Below, one piece after another: positions 32,021-41,365 of a DNA stretch of 64,000 bases. The notes under the pieces were generated by a model. It did not search any database. It saw only the letters and a program-made list of their open reading frames with translations, and was not told where the DNA came from. The stretch's first letter is position 1. The number at the start of each line of letters is the position of its first letter. Origin of the DNA: Alphaproteobacteria bacterium (GTDB lineage: Bacteria > Pseudomonadota > Alphaproteobacteria > UBA828); NCBI GenBank assembly GCA_965214705.1, contig OZ243972.1, positions 4,000,001 to 4,064,000 of the forward strand, in the 5' to 3' direction. The position numbers and the translations under genes are program-made.

Positions 32021-32249
32021 TCGCCCTAACCCCTTGTGCTAACGTCTTGATCTGAATATAGGGGTTCACGACCGTTCAGTCAGGTATATAATCCCCAATG
32101 GGAAAGGATGCGCGGCGAGCAATCGGACAACCGAATAGTACCTGAAGCCCGGCGAAAGCCGGGTGACCGCGCGAGCGGCGGCCGTGTGGGCCGGGGAAGG
32201 CGGTTGGCAGAGGTGGTCGGCGAGAGACAGCGATGAGTGAGTAAGGACC

Positions 32250-33560
32250 ATGACGCGGACAAGTTCCTTGAGCGAAAGACCCGGACATCATGGCCCGAGG
32301 AGACTCATCGACTGGATCAACCCGGCGGGTGACAGGAAGGTCCACTCACTGGTGGACAAGGTGTACAAGCGGAAGAACCTTGAGGTGGCCTGGGAAAAGG
32401 TGAAGCGCAACCGGGGTGCCGGTGGCGTGGACGGAGAGGATTTAGCGGCGTTCGAGGCATCGCTGGATGCAAATCTCGATCGCCTGCACCGGGAGTTGCG
32501 GGACGGTGAGTATCACCCGCAGCCGGTTCTCCAATGCCTGATCCCCAAGGCGGGCCAGCCGGGGAAGTTCCGCCCGCTCGGCATCCCGACAATCTACGAC
32601 CGGGTGTGCCAGCAGGCGCTGCTGAACCGGCTGGAACCGATCTTCGAGCCGGTGTTCGACGATGCCAACTACGGGTACCGGCAAGGAAGGTCTGCCCATG
32701 GAGCGTTACGCAAGATATGGAGGGAACTGGACGAGGGCAACGAGTGGGTTCTCGATGCGGATTTGAAAGACTTTTTCGGGTCCGTGGACCACGAAAAGCT
32801 CCTCGAACTCGTCAACCAGCGAGTCTCGGATGGCCGGGTATTAGGTCTGCTCAGGCAGATGCTCACGGCCGGGGTGGTGGCCGACGGTAAGAGGCTGCCG
32901 ACCGAACAGGGCACTCCGCAGGGCGGCATCGTTTCACCGCTGCTCAGCAATATCTTGCTGACCCCGTTCGATTGGGAAATGCGTCGTCGCGGCTATCGAC
33001 TAACGCGATACGCCGATGATTGGCTGATCACGTGCCGCACACGCGGGGAAGCCCGCGCAGCACTGGAGACGGCCAGGCGGATTCTGGCAAAGCTGGGTGT
33101 GTCCCTCAACGCCGGGAAGACCCGCATTGTCCATGTCAGGCACGGGTTTGAGTTCCTCGGCTACAAGATCAAGCAGGGCGAGCGGCCTCTCCGGCTGTCG
33201 TCCTCCAAGATCAAGAGCGGGGTTCGCGGGGGAGCGCGCTACGCGGTTCCGCGTGAGAAATCCATCCGGCACTTCAAGGACCAGATTCGCCAGCGTACCC
33301 GGCGCAAGGCTCCTGTCAGCACGCAGGAGCTGATTGACGAGATCAACCCGATCATTCGGGGATGGGGCCAATACTATTGCAAGGCCCACGTCCGCGGGCT
33401 CTTCCACCAGCTTGACGGCTGGATCGTGCGGCGGCTCTGGTCGCATCGTCGCAAGCGCTGGCGCAACGCTGGCTGGAAACAGTTGCCGGAGCGCAAGCTG
33501 ATCGACGAATACGGGCTTGTTCGCCTGATCTCACTGGTTCCGTCCTTGAACCTTCGTTGA
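32250..33560 (+). CDS. ltrA: Group II intron reverse transcriptase/maturase (inner intron), intact, no endonuclease domain
   Basis: RPLGIPTIYDRVCQ, GTPQGGIVSPLLSN, RYADD, FLGY, maturase X domain (NPIIRGWGQYY). Confidence 0.95.
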   Translation: MTRTSSLSERPGHHGPRRLIDWINPAGDRKVHSLVDKVYKRKNLEVAWEKVKRNRGAGGVDGEDLAAFEASLDANLDRLHRELRDGEYHPQPVLQCLIPKAGQPGKFRPLGIPTIYDRVCQQALLNRLEPIFEPVFDDANYGYRQGRSAHGALRKIWRELDEGNEWVLDADLKDFFGSVDHEKLLELVNQRVSDGRVLGLLRQMLTAGVVADGKRLPTEQGTPQGGIVSPLLSNILLTPFDWEMRRRGYRLTRYADDWLITCRTRGEARAALETARRILAKLGVSLNAGKTRIVHVRHGFEFLGYKIKQGERPLRLSSSKIKSGVRGGARYAVPREKSIRHFKDQIRQRTRRKAPVSTQELIDEINPIIRGWGQYYCKAHVRGLFHQLDGWIVRRLWSHRRKRWRNAGWKQLPERKLIDEYGLVRLISLVPSLNLR

Positions 33561-33822
33561 GACACCTTTGTGAAAGCGGCTTACGGGAAAACCGTACGGG
33601 CCGTTTGAGCGGCGGACGGAGGCTAGCCTCGCGGGGCGCCTCCTCCGACCCGACAGCGATGAAGCCGGCGAACAATGGGGCACCTGCCCCGGCGGAGCCG
33701 GTGGAGCCAAGGGCCGAGCCCAAGGGGAATCTGGAAGGCCAAAGCACGCGCCGGACGCAGGACCGGGAGAGCGTGTCACAAGCGGCTGACCGGATACGGC
33801 AGTTTGTACAAAGGGAACCTGG

Positions 33823-35852
33823 CCCATCTGGGATTATGGCACTACGTTTGTGCGCTCATCGCGACACTCCCGGGAGCACCGCCCGGCGCCTGTGGGGATC
33901 CACCGTGAGGCCCGCCGCCTGCGCGATGACGCGCGCCTCGGCGTCGGGTTGAGCATCCTGGCGGATGACGATGCGGTTTCCGTCCACCTCCCGGATGGTG
34001 GAGGTGAGACGCACCCAGCCCGCGAGCTTGTCGCGGATCGTACTCCAGCGGTCATGCAAGCCGTGCGCCGCCAGACGGGTTCGCAGCAGATGAACCGCGT
34101 GGTAGGCGAGGACGGCGATGAACAGGTGGGCGGCGATGCGCGAGGTCTTGGAGTGCCAGACCGGGCGCAGGCCGATTTCGGATTTCAGGCTGCGGAAGGT
34201 GGCCTCGAGCTCTGTGAGCTTCCAGTAGGTTCGGACCACGGTTTCAAGATCCCACTCGACGTGGCTGGTGCGCAGCACATAGATGCCCGCTTGGCGGTCG
34301 CGCTCGGCATGGAGAGCGTTGCGCCTCCAGCGGACCGCACTGGCCCGCCCCTTCTCTCCGGGCTCGACCTCGATGTCGTACTGACGGTGGACGCGCCTGT
34401 ACCTTTCCTTCAGCCGGCCCAGCTTCTCCATCACCTTGGTGAACTGCTTGATGTGGTTCTTCTTCGACAGCCCGCCATGCAGGGCGCGCAGGGCGTCCTC
34501 GAAGTTGTGACGCTGACGGGCGAGCACGGCCTCGTCCTTCTGCTGGCGCTCATGGCTCCAGACGCACAGGTGCGCTTCGTCGTCCCCTGCCGCGAGACGC
34601 CAGGCGCGGGCATCGTGGCCGGCCCGGGTTTCGAAGGCGGCATCGGCTTCGCGCCCGGGCGGCGCCGAGACGCCGCGGCGAACGGTGATCCAGTGATAGC
34701 CGCCCGCCCGCAGCCAGGCGAGGTTGGCCTCGGTGGAGATGCCGGCGTCCATGATGACCGTGGGCCTGGGGGCGTTGCTGCCGCGCGCTTGGCATTCCAG
34801 CCGCCCGATGGCGTCGGCGAGAGTGGCCGGCTCGGAGATGTTGCCGGGCAGGATCTCGCTGTGCTGCGGAAAGCCGGCCTGGTTCAGCGACAGGGCCAGG
34901 GTCACGATCGGACAATCGTCACGCCTCTGCTTCGAGCGCCCGAAGCGGGCCAGCGCGGAGCTGGGCCGTCCGGTCATATGGGTGTTGGTCAGGTCGAAGA
35001 AGACGATGGTGTCGGGGATGCCGAAGAGATCGCGCTCCCGGGCGCACAGCGCCTCTTCAAGCGCCGCGCGGTGACGCCACAAGAGGTCGCCGATGCGGTA
35101 GAGCTTGCTGAGCGTGAGCGACTTGCCGCTGTCGACATCGAGCAACTCCAGGGTCGCGCTGTTCGCGCTCAGCCAGCGGAAGGCCTCGCGCTCGCTGGAG
35201 GGATGGATCATGCGCGCGACCACCAGTGCCGCCGCGATGCGTGCGTCGCGCTCACTTGCGCCCAGCCTCTCCAGCGTCTCGATGAAGCGAAGGTCGTCAA
35301 GCGCGGCGAGAGCCAGGCGCTCGCAGCCCACCGAGCGGACCTGTTCGTGGGAGAGGCTATCGAGACGGACCGTGGCCAGGTCGCTCTCGTCCCCGGGCCG
35401 CGACGCGCCGAGATCGCGGGCGTGAAGCCGCCGTACGACGTCCTCGGCGACGGGGCGCAAGGCGGCATCCGGCTCCAGCAGCGGCTCGCTGCCGGCGAGA
35501 AGGGTTTCGATCAGAAGCGCCAATTCGCGCCATTGCTCCTCGGGCACACCGAAGTCGGCGCCGAGATTGAGGAGCGTGACCTGGCGCACCCTTCCGCCGA
35601 TGCGTTCGCTGCGCACGAGGCGGTAGGTGGCATAGCGCTCGCCACCGTCTCCGCGACCGGTGAGGGTTTTGCGAATGAACATGGCGGCAGGGTCACGGAC
35701 AGTTTGCGGACTGTCAAGGAGCGCCGGCCCACAGACCAAAGATTATGGCACTACAATGGACTTCCCAAAACACAATCCAACAAAATCAGTGCCTTAGATC
35801 CCAAAGGCTACCCAAAATCAGGCCTTCGGGACCGAAAAGTGGCAAAGATGGG
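33823..35852 (-). mobile_element. IS1634-family element, copy 2 (lacks 66 bp at the transposase-distal end)
   Basis: Matches 11995-14024; TSD CTGG (33819-33822, 35853-35856). Confidence 0.92.
33856..35682 (-). CDS. IS1634 transposase (same protein as 12028-13854)
   Basis: Identical translation in the ORF track. Confidence 0.92.
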   Translation of the reverse strand: MFIRKTLTGRGDGGERYATYRLVRSERIGGRVRQVTLLNLGADFGVPEEQWRELALLIETLLAGSEPLLEPDAALRPVAEDVVRRLHARDLGASRPGDESDLATVRLDSLSHEQVRSVGCERLALAALDDLRFIETLERLGASERDARIAAALVVARMIHPSSEREAFRWLSANSATLELLDVDSGKSLTLSKLYRIGDLLWRHRAALEEALCARERDLFGIPDTIVFFDLTNTHMTGRPSSALARFGRSKQRRDDCPIVTLALSLNQAGFPQHSEILPGNISEPATLADAIGRLECQARGSNAPRPTVIMDAGISTEANLAWLRAGGYHWITVRRGVSAPPGREADAAFETRAGHDARAWRLAAGDDEAHLCVWSHERQQKDEAVLARQRHNFEDALRALHGGLSKKNHIKQFTKVMEKLGRLKERYRRVHRQYDIEVEPGEKGRASAVRWRRNALHAERDRQAGIYVLRTSHVEWDLETVVRTYWKLTELEATFRSLKSEIGLRPVWHSKTSRIAAHLFIAVLAYHAVHLLRTRLAAHGLHDRWSTIRDKLAGWVRLTSTIREVDGNRIVIRQDAQPDAEARVIAQAAGLTVDPHRRRAVLPGVSR

Positions 35853-37394
35853 CTGGGGTGCGTCTCACGACGCTCCTCCATCACGTCACGGTCGCTGCGC
35901 TGCGCTGGGCGTTCTTCGAGTTGAAGAAGGACGCTGCGGCGGGTGTCGATGGCCTGACGTGGCGGATGTACAAGGAAGGGCTGGAAGGCCGTCTCGCCGA
36001 CCTGCACGACCGAGTGCACTCGGGGGCGTACCGGGCGACGCCATCACGGCGGGTGAACATCCCGAAGCCGGATGGCGGCACACGACCGCTCGGCGTCGCG
36101 GCCATAGAGGACAAGATCGTCCAGAAGGCTGTGGCGGAGATAATCCTGACGCCGATCTACGAGGCGGAGTTTCTGGGGTTTAGCTACGGGTTCCGACCCG
36201 AGCGTGGGGCGCACAATGCGCTCGATGCGCTGGCGGTCGGGATCGAAAGGCGCAAGATCAACTGGATAGTGGACTGTGACATCCGCAAGTTTTTCGACAC
36301 GGTTTCGAGGGACTGGCTGGTCCGGTTTCTAGAGCACCGGATAGGGGACAGGCGGGTTATCAGGCTGATTATCAAGTGGTTGAACGCTGGCGTCATGGAA
36401 GCTGGAGAGTGGCGTGACGACCTGCGGGGAACTCCGCAGGGTTCGGTGATTTCGCCGATCTTGGCGAACGTTTATCTGCACTACGTCCTCGATCTTTGGT
36501 TCCAGAAGAAGTGGCGCAGCCACGAGGTCAACGGCGACTCGATCATCGTTCGCTACGCCGACGACTCTGTGGTGGGTTTTCAGCACGAGCAGGACGCGGA
36601 GTGCTTTCTGGAGGCCGTAAAGGAGCGGCTCGGACGCTTCGACCTGGAACTGCATCCCGACAAGACCCGGCTCATCGAGTTCGGGCGGCACGCCATAGAG
36701 CGCCGCCAAGGCCGAGGGCAGGGTAGACCGGAGACCTTCGATTTTCTGGGCTTCACACACTACTGCGCGAAGACCAGACGGGGGTACTTCATGCTGGGGC
36801 GCAGGCCGATGGCGAAGAGGATGGCCCGCACCCTGAAGCGGATCAAAGAGGTGCTACGCAGGCGGATGCATGACAACATCGAGGATACGGCCAGGTGGCT
36901 GGGCAAAGTGGTGGACGGATGGCTGAACTACTATGCCGTCCCGACCAGCAGCCGGTACTTACAACGCTTCCTCGTCCGCCTAAAGCGGGTGTGGCTCGCC
37001 ATTATACGCCGCAGATCGCAAAAGGACCGATTTACATGGGCCGACATCGACAAACTTAAAGCTCGACACTGGCCCAAGCTGAGAATCCGACACCCGTGGC
37101 CGGATCAACGACTAGCCGTCAGTTCGACCTGAGGGAGGAGCCGGATGCCTTAGCGGGCACGTCCGGATCTGCGCGGGGGGAGCGGGGCAACCCGCTTCCC
37201 TACCGCGATTGCTCGCGCCCGCAGCCCTCGCAGGCGTACATGTGGCCGCCGAGCACGGCGGTGCGGCACGCCTCGATGGCGCCCATGACCTTGAGCCGGG
37301 CGGCGTCGATGCGCCCTTTGTGGCGCTCACGGAAAGCGGCGCCGGCGCGGCGGAAGATCTCCGCCACGCCCGCGCGTTCGGCCTCCACGCGCCG

Positions 37395-38273
37395 TCAGTT
37401 GCGCAACGCTGCGAAGCCTGAGATCGGGTGGTCGAGGCCCTCGAACATCTTGCCGGTGACGCGGGCGTAGTGACGGGTCGTGTTCGCGCTTCGATGGCCG
37501 AGCATGTCCCGGATCACCTCGATATCGCCGCCGCGCTCGAGGAGATGGGTCGCCGCCGAATGGCGCAGGCAATGGAAGGTGTAGCTGCGGTCGAGCTCGG
37601 CAATGTCGCGCGCCCTCCTGAAGGCGGCCTGCAAGGTCTCCGTTGCGATGGGCCTGTCGAGCGAGACGCCGTAGAAGAGCCAGCTCGTCGGACGCGGCCA
37701 GATGTTCCTGTAGTAGACGCGCAAGTAGTGGATGACGATGTCCGGCAACGGTGCCATTCTCTCGGTGCCGCCTTTGCCGGAGGGGATGTGCAGCAGCTTC
37801 TTCTCCGACAGGATGTCGCCGACCTTGATGGCCAAGGTCTCGGAGATGCGGAGCCCGCCGCCATAGCCGGTGACAATGGCAGCACGGTGGCGGAGGTCGG
37901 GTGTCGCAAGGATGAGGTGCTCGACCTCCTGCTCCGACATGTAGCGCGGCAGCTTGCCGGGCTTCTTGCGGGAGCGCAGGCCGGCGACATGGTCAGGCCA
38001 GCCGAGTGTGTCGATGTAGAGGAAGTTCAGCGCGGCGAAGGAGACGTTGGTCGTGCCCGGACTGAGCCCCTTGTCGATCCGCCCCAGGTACCACTGGCGC
38101 ACCTGCTCGGCGTCGAGCTCGTCCGGCGAGGCGTCGTAGTACCTGGCCAGGTTCTTGATCTCGCAGATGTAGGCCTTGGACGTGCTCGCGGCCAGATTGG
38201 CGATGCGGAGCTGCTCCTCCATGCGCTGGCGAAGAGGGGTGACGGTGTTCGTGTCGCACGCGGTCCCGGTCAT
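37395..38273 (-). CDS. Tyrosine recombinase of the IS91 element (copy A)
   Basis: N-terminal SAM-like LRQRMEEQL; GLRISE, GKGG, HCLRHS, LGH, Y. Confidence 0.93.
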   Translation of the reverse strand: MTGTACDTNTVTPLRQRMEEQLRIANLAASTSKAYICEIKNLARYYDASPDELDAEQVRQWYLGRIDKGLSPGTTNVSFAALNFLYIDTLGWPDHVAGLRSRKKPGKLPRYMSEQEVEHLILATPDLRHRAAIVTGYGGGLRISETLAIKVGDILSEKKLLHIPSGKGGTERMAPLPDIVIHYLRVYYRNIWPRPTSWLFYGVSLDRPIATETLQAAFRRARDIAELDRSYTFHCLRHSAATHLLERGGDIEVIRDMLGHRSANTTRHYARVTGKMFEGLDHPISGFAALRN

Positions 38274-38714
38274 TATCGATCTCCCTGGATCGCGACGGCG
38301 CGCCGCCGGACCGATCCGGCGACGGTCCGTCGCAGGGGTCGATGCTAACCACTGGTGATCGGGAGGCTGCTGGGGATCCGCCACCCGACGGGCGGAGCGC
38401 CACTGACGCAACCGGGAAGCGAACGCACAGAACAAACGGCACCCGCGACGCCTCGGAAATGAATGAACTCTACGCCGCTAACTCCGCGTAGCGGCTTCGT
38501 TCAAGAGCCGCCGGCCCCATGGCGCATGAGCGAGGCCTGCCGTCGTCGGCTCTCCGGCCCGCAACGGTTGGACGGAGAAATCTTGGTTGGCATTACGGTG
38601 TTCTGCCTTGGTGCCGGCACGCCGGCGTGCTGCCCGACCGTTCCAGGCACGTGATCGGAGACCGGCAGCACGGCGACTTCCAAGTCCAGAAAGACCACCG
38701 CGCTCAAGGAGGCG

Positions 38715-39012
38715 ATGACCAAGACGCAACTGGTGGCCTCGCTCTCCGAATCGACGGGGCTCTCGAAGTAAGGAGGTGTCGGCGGTTCTCGACGAGCTCG
38801 GGATCGTCATCGACCGCCACGTCAGGAAGCGCGCCGTCGGCACCTTCACCCTTCCCGGCCTGCTGAGGCTCAGGCGTGTGCGCAAGCCTGCCAGAATGGC
38901 GCAGACGATGATCTCGTCGCGCACGGGTGAAGAGATTGAGGTTCCTGTGAAGCCGGCCTCGACGGGGGTGAAGCTTCAGCCGCACGCGGGCCTCAAGCGG
39001 ATGATCGAATAG
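38715..39012 (+). pseudogene. HU/IHF-family DNA-binding protein, frameshifted
   Basis: MTKTQLVASLSESTGLSK, one extra T (AAG T AAG GAG), then KEVSAVL..FTLPGL..KPAR..TGEEI. Confidence 0.8.
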
Positions 39013-39755
39013 GCCACTCTCTTGTGCCTTGTCTGGATCGGCATTCACGTGGCGAATGCACACCTCCGCAGCGCTTATCGCGCCGACGCTCGTAGGTGGT
39101 GCTTCCGACCCGAGGCGTCTTGCGTGAGCCTGGATCAGCGTCCCCCTGCTTCAGACTAGTTCAATATCCCTCTCCTCAGGGCCGCGGGCTCCGTGCTCCA
39201 CAATGACGCATGCCCGCTGGCCCGGCTCAAGCGCGCTCGCTGGCGGCGGATACGCGCTCGTATGGTTGCGCGGCCGCTGGCGGCTGAGTGATCGTTGGCA
39301 CGGGTGGTGGGCGCGCAGCTTTTTCGCGAGGCCAGGATTCCTTCTGGCCACGAGGTCGCGAATTGATTCAACTCCCGCGCATGCCGATTCGCCCGCGTGT
39401 TGCCCTGCCGCCGACAGCTCACCGTCGCCGGTGGTGGTTTCAGTAACACCGGCGGAGCTGCAGGAGCAGCTCGAGAAGGAACGCGACACACTCCAGGCGA
39501 CGGGAGCGGTACTGCGGAAGGCCGGGGCAGCACGCCGCAGAGGGGACACGGTTCAGGTCGAGCGTTCAGCATCCCATCTCCCTCATGAACCGGAAGCAGC
39601 CAAGTTTGGCTGGATTCTGGAGTGCGGAATGGCCGATCATACCGACTGCGGCGGCAAAATAGCGATGAGCCACACTTCGTTCACTCACGACCGCGACTTC
39701 CCGGCGCCGAACTCCGGCGTTGTGGGGATCAATCGGCCGCAGGAAGTATAGCGTC

Positions 39756-41108
39756 ATGACGATTCCGACCCGAGCCACCTACCTGATCATTGGTGCCGGC
39801 ATCCACGGCCTGAGCACCGCTTGGCATCTGGGTGAGGCCCTCATCGCGCGCGGTCAGACGCCATGCAGCAAGGACAGCGCGGCCGACATTCTCGTTCTCG
39901 ACAAGACTGGAATCGCAGCCGGCGCGAGCGGCATCGCATGCGGTGTCGTGCGCAACAACTACGCCCAGTCAGCAATGCGGGAGTTGATGGCCCACAGTGT
40001 CGCCATTTGGGAAAGCGACCCCCAAGCATTCAGCTATCATCCGGTGGGCTACATGCAGATCAGCCCAGAAGCCATGTTCGAGGACGTCGCCACGATTGCA
40101 CAGGAGCAGACGGCCATTGGATACGAGTCAACCTTCATCGAGGGCGTCGCGCACAGCAACACGTACATGAAGGAGCTGTTCAGCGATTGGCAGGCGGAAG
40201 GCATCACATCGGTGCTGCACGAGAAAAAGGGCGGCTACGCCAACAATGCAGCCGCCATCTACGGTCTCGCCGGAAAGGCTGAAGCCGTCGGCACGCGGAT
40301 TCTCTCCGGTACCACAGTCACGGGCTTCCGAGTGAATGGGGGTGCGGTGGCGGCGGTGGAGACCGACCGCGGCGTAATCCACGCCGAACAGGTCATCGTC
40401 GCGGCCGGGCCCTGGGTCAAGACCATCTGGGACATGCTCGAGCTGCCGACCACCATTGCCGTCAAGGGGTCCGACGGCGTGATGCATAAGGACGTGCCCA
40501 TGTGGGTCTACTGGAGTCTCCAGGAAGGGACTCTCGGCGTTCCCCCCGGCCTGCAGAAGACTAACGACGGCGGCGCCCCGCCGGTGATTCACCTGGATAC
40601 GGACGCGCCCCTCATCTCGGACGTCGACGGCTCGTTGATCACCGAAGAGAGGTGGGGCATCTATTACAAGCCGGACCTCAATTTCGGCGGCATCCAGGGC
40701 GGGGCAATGCCGTACAAGATTGAGGCGAACCCAGAGGATGTCGCTGTCGATCCCTACGGTCCCGAGTCCCCGGATTTCGTGGTCGGCGATGATTTCGCCC
40801 ACATGTGGTGTTCCGCGCTGGCCTTTTGCCAGTCCCGCTTTTCCGGGCAAATCTCGAAGTACAAGAAGGAACCTTCTGGGGGTATCGGCTGCTTTTCGCC
40901 CGACAGCTTCCCCATCTTCGACCGCTTCCGTGACAATGTATACGTCATCGCCGATTCCAATCACGGCTTCAAGATGATCGGCGTCGGTGCCTTGGCGGCG
41001 GGTGAACTGCTTGGAACCCCCAGTGAGCTGCTGGAACCCTTCCGCATGTCGCGGTATGCCGAGGGACGGCAGCTTCTCGTGTCAAACAGCCCGTTTCCTT
41101 GGAGTTGA
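39756..41108 (+). CDS. FAD-dependent oxidoreductase (sarcosine oxidase beta / N-methylglutamate dehydrogenase A-like)
   Basis: IIGAGIHGLS, GASGIACGVVR, DSNHGFKM. Confidence 0.85.
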   Translation: MTIPTRATYLIIGAGIHGLSTAWHLGEALIARGQTPCSKDSAADILVLDKTGIAAGASGIACGVVRNNYAQSAMRELMAHSVAIWESDPQAFSYHPVGYMQISPEAMFEDVATIAQEQTAIGYESTFIEGVAHSNTYMKELFSDWQAEGITSVLHEKKGGYANNAAAIYGLAGKAEAVGTRILSGTTVTGFRVNGGAVAAVETDRGVIHAEQVIVAAGPWVKTIWDMLELPTTIAVKGSDGVMHKDVPMWVYWSLQEGTLGVPPGLQKTNDGGAPPVIHLDTDAPLISDVDGSLITEERWGIYYKPDLNFGGIQGGAMPYKIEANPEDVAVDPYGPESPDFVVGDDFAHMWCSALAFCQSRFSGQISKYKKEPSGGIGCFSPDSFPIFDRFRDNVYVIADSNHGFKMIGVGALAAGELLGTPSELLEPFRMSRYAEGRQLLVSNSPFPWS

Positions 41109-41109
41109 C

Positions 41110-41365
41110 CGTGGCTTTCGGATGCCGATATGCATCGCATCCACTTTGCGAAGGACGCTTCACCAACGGTATCCCGGTTGCGACGACCTCTACCTGAGCC
41201 GGTATTGTGAAAACAGCCGGTCCGCGATGACTATGGCCTGCCACACTGCCACGCCGCTCGGACGAAGCCGGTTGCGGAGCGTAGAGAAATACACCGGCCA
41301 GTAGGTCTCGCCCACGGACTCGATCATCTCGACCGATGCGATGGCGTCGTAAGTTCCGCCTTCGT
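41110..41365 (-). pseudogene. Fragment of a cyclopropane-fatty-acyl-phospholipid synthase-like methyltransferase
   Basis: GTYDAIASVEMIESVGETYWPVYFSTLRNRLRPSG followed by a stop. Confidence 0.7.

Larger units (their letters stand above)
27607..32096 (-). mobile_element. IS1595-family transporter IS with passenger genes
   Basis: 22-bp IRs GGGGATTATATATCTGACTGAA / TTCAGTCAGGTATATAATCCCC (1 mismatch); 8-bp TSD AATGGGAA (27599-27606, 32097-32104). Confidence 0.94.
25438..33654 (+). mobile_element. Group II intron (inner; about 2024 nt without inserts), forming a twintron
   Basis: 5' GTGTG at 25438; DV AAGCGGCTTACGGGAAAACCGTACGGGCCGTTT; 3' end CCCGAC; removal restores CCATAGT|AGCGATGAAG; EBS1 ACTATGG at 25757-25763. 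Confidence 0.92.
33773..37132 (+). pseudogene. ltrA: Group II intron RT/maturase (outer intron), split by IS1634
   Basis: VSQAADRIRQFVQREPG joins VRLTTLLHHV; GTPQGSVISP, RYADD, FDFLGFTH; no En domain. Confidence 0.92.
25042..37209 (+). mobile_element. Group II intron (outer; about 1917 nt without inserts), antisense within the IS91 transposase
   Basis: 5' GTGCG at 25042; DV GAGCCGGATGCC..GGCACGTCCGGATC and DVI ending CGAT at 37209; flanks GCGGA|TGCTCG are contiguous in copy B. Confidence 0.93.
22329..37388 (-). pseudogene. IS91 (Y2 HUH) transposase, split by IS1111 and a group II intron
   Basis: 37388-37210 (CRTAVLGGH..C..C), 25041-25032 and 23381-22329 (NSCRNRHCPTCQ, YFHVVFTLP, HTW...HPHLH, YLSHY, RIRYFG). 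Confidence 0.92.
22022..38505 (-). mobile_element. IS91-family element with tyrosine recombinase, copy A (2666 bp after removing inserts)
   Basis: Ends defined by identity with copy B (57269-63027); AAG at both junctions; both copies reduce to 2666 bp. Confidence 0.9.

Noticed and set aside
32250-37132. Two RTs as retron, DGR or defence RTs
   Set aside because: Both have maturase domains, DV/DVI and precise intron boundaries.
39150-39700. Overlapping short ORFs before the oxidoreductase
   Set aside because: No consistent frame or motif.
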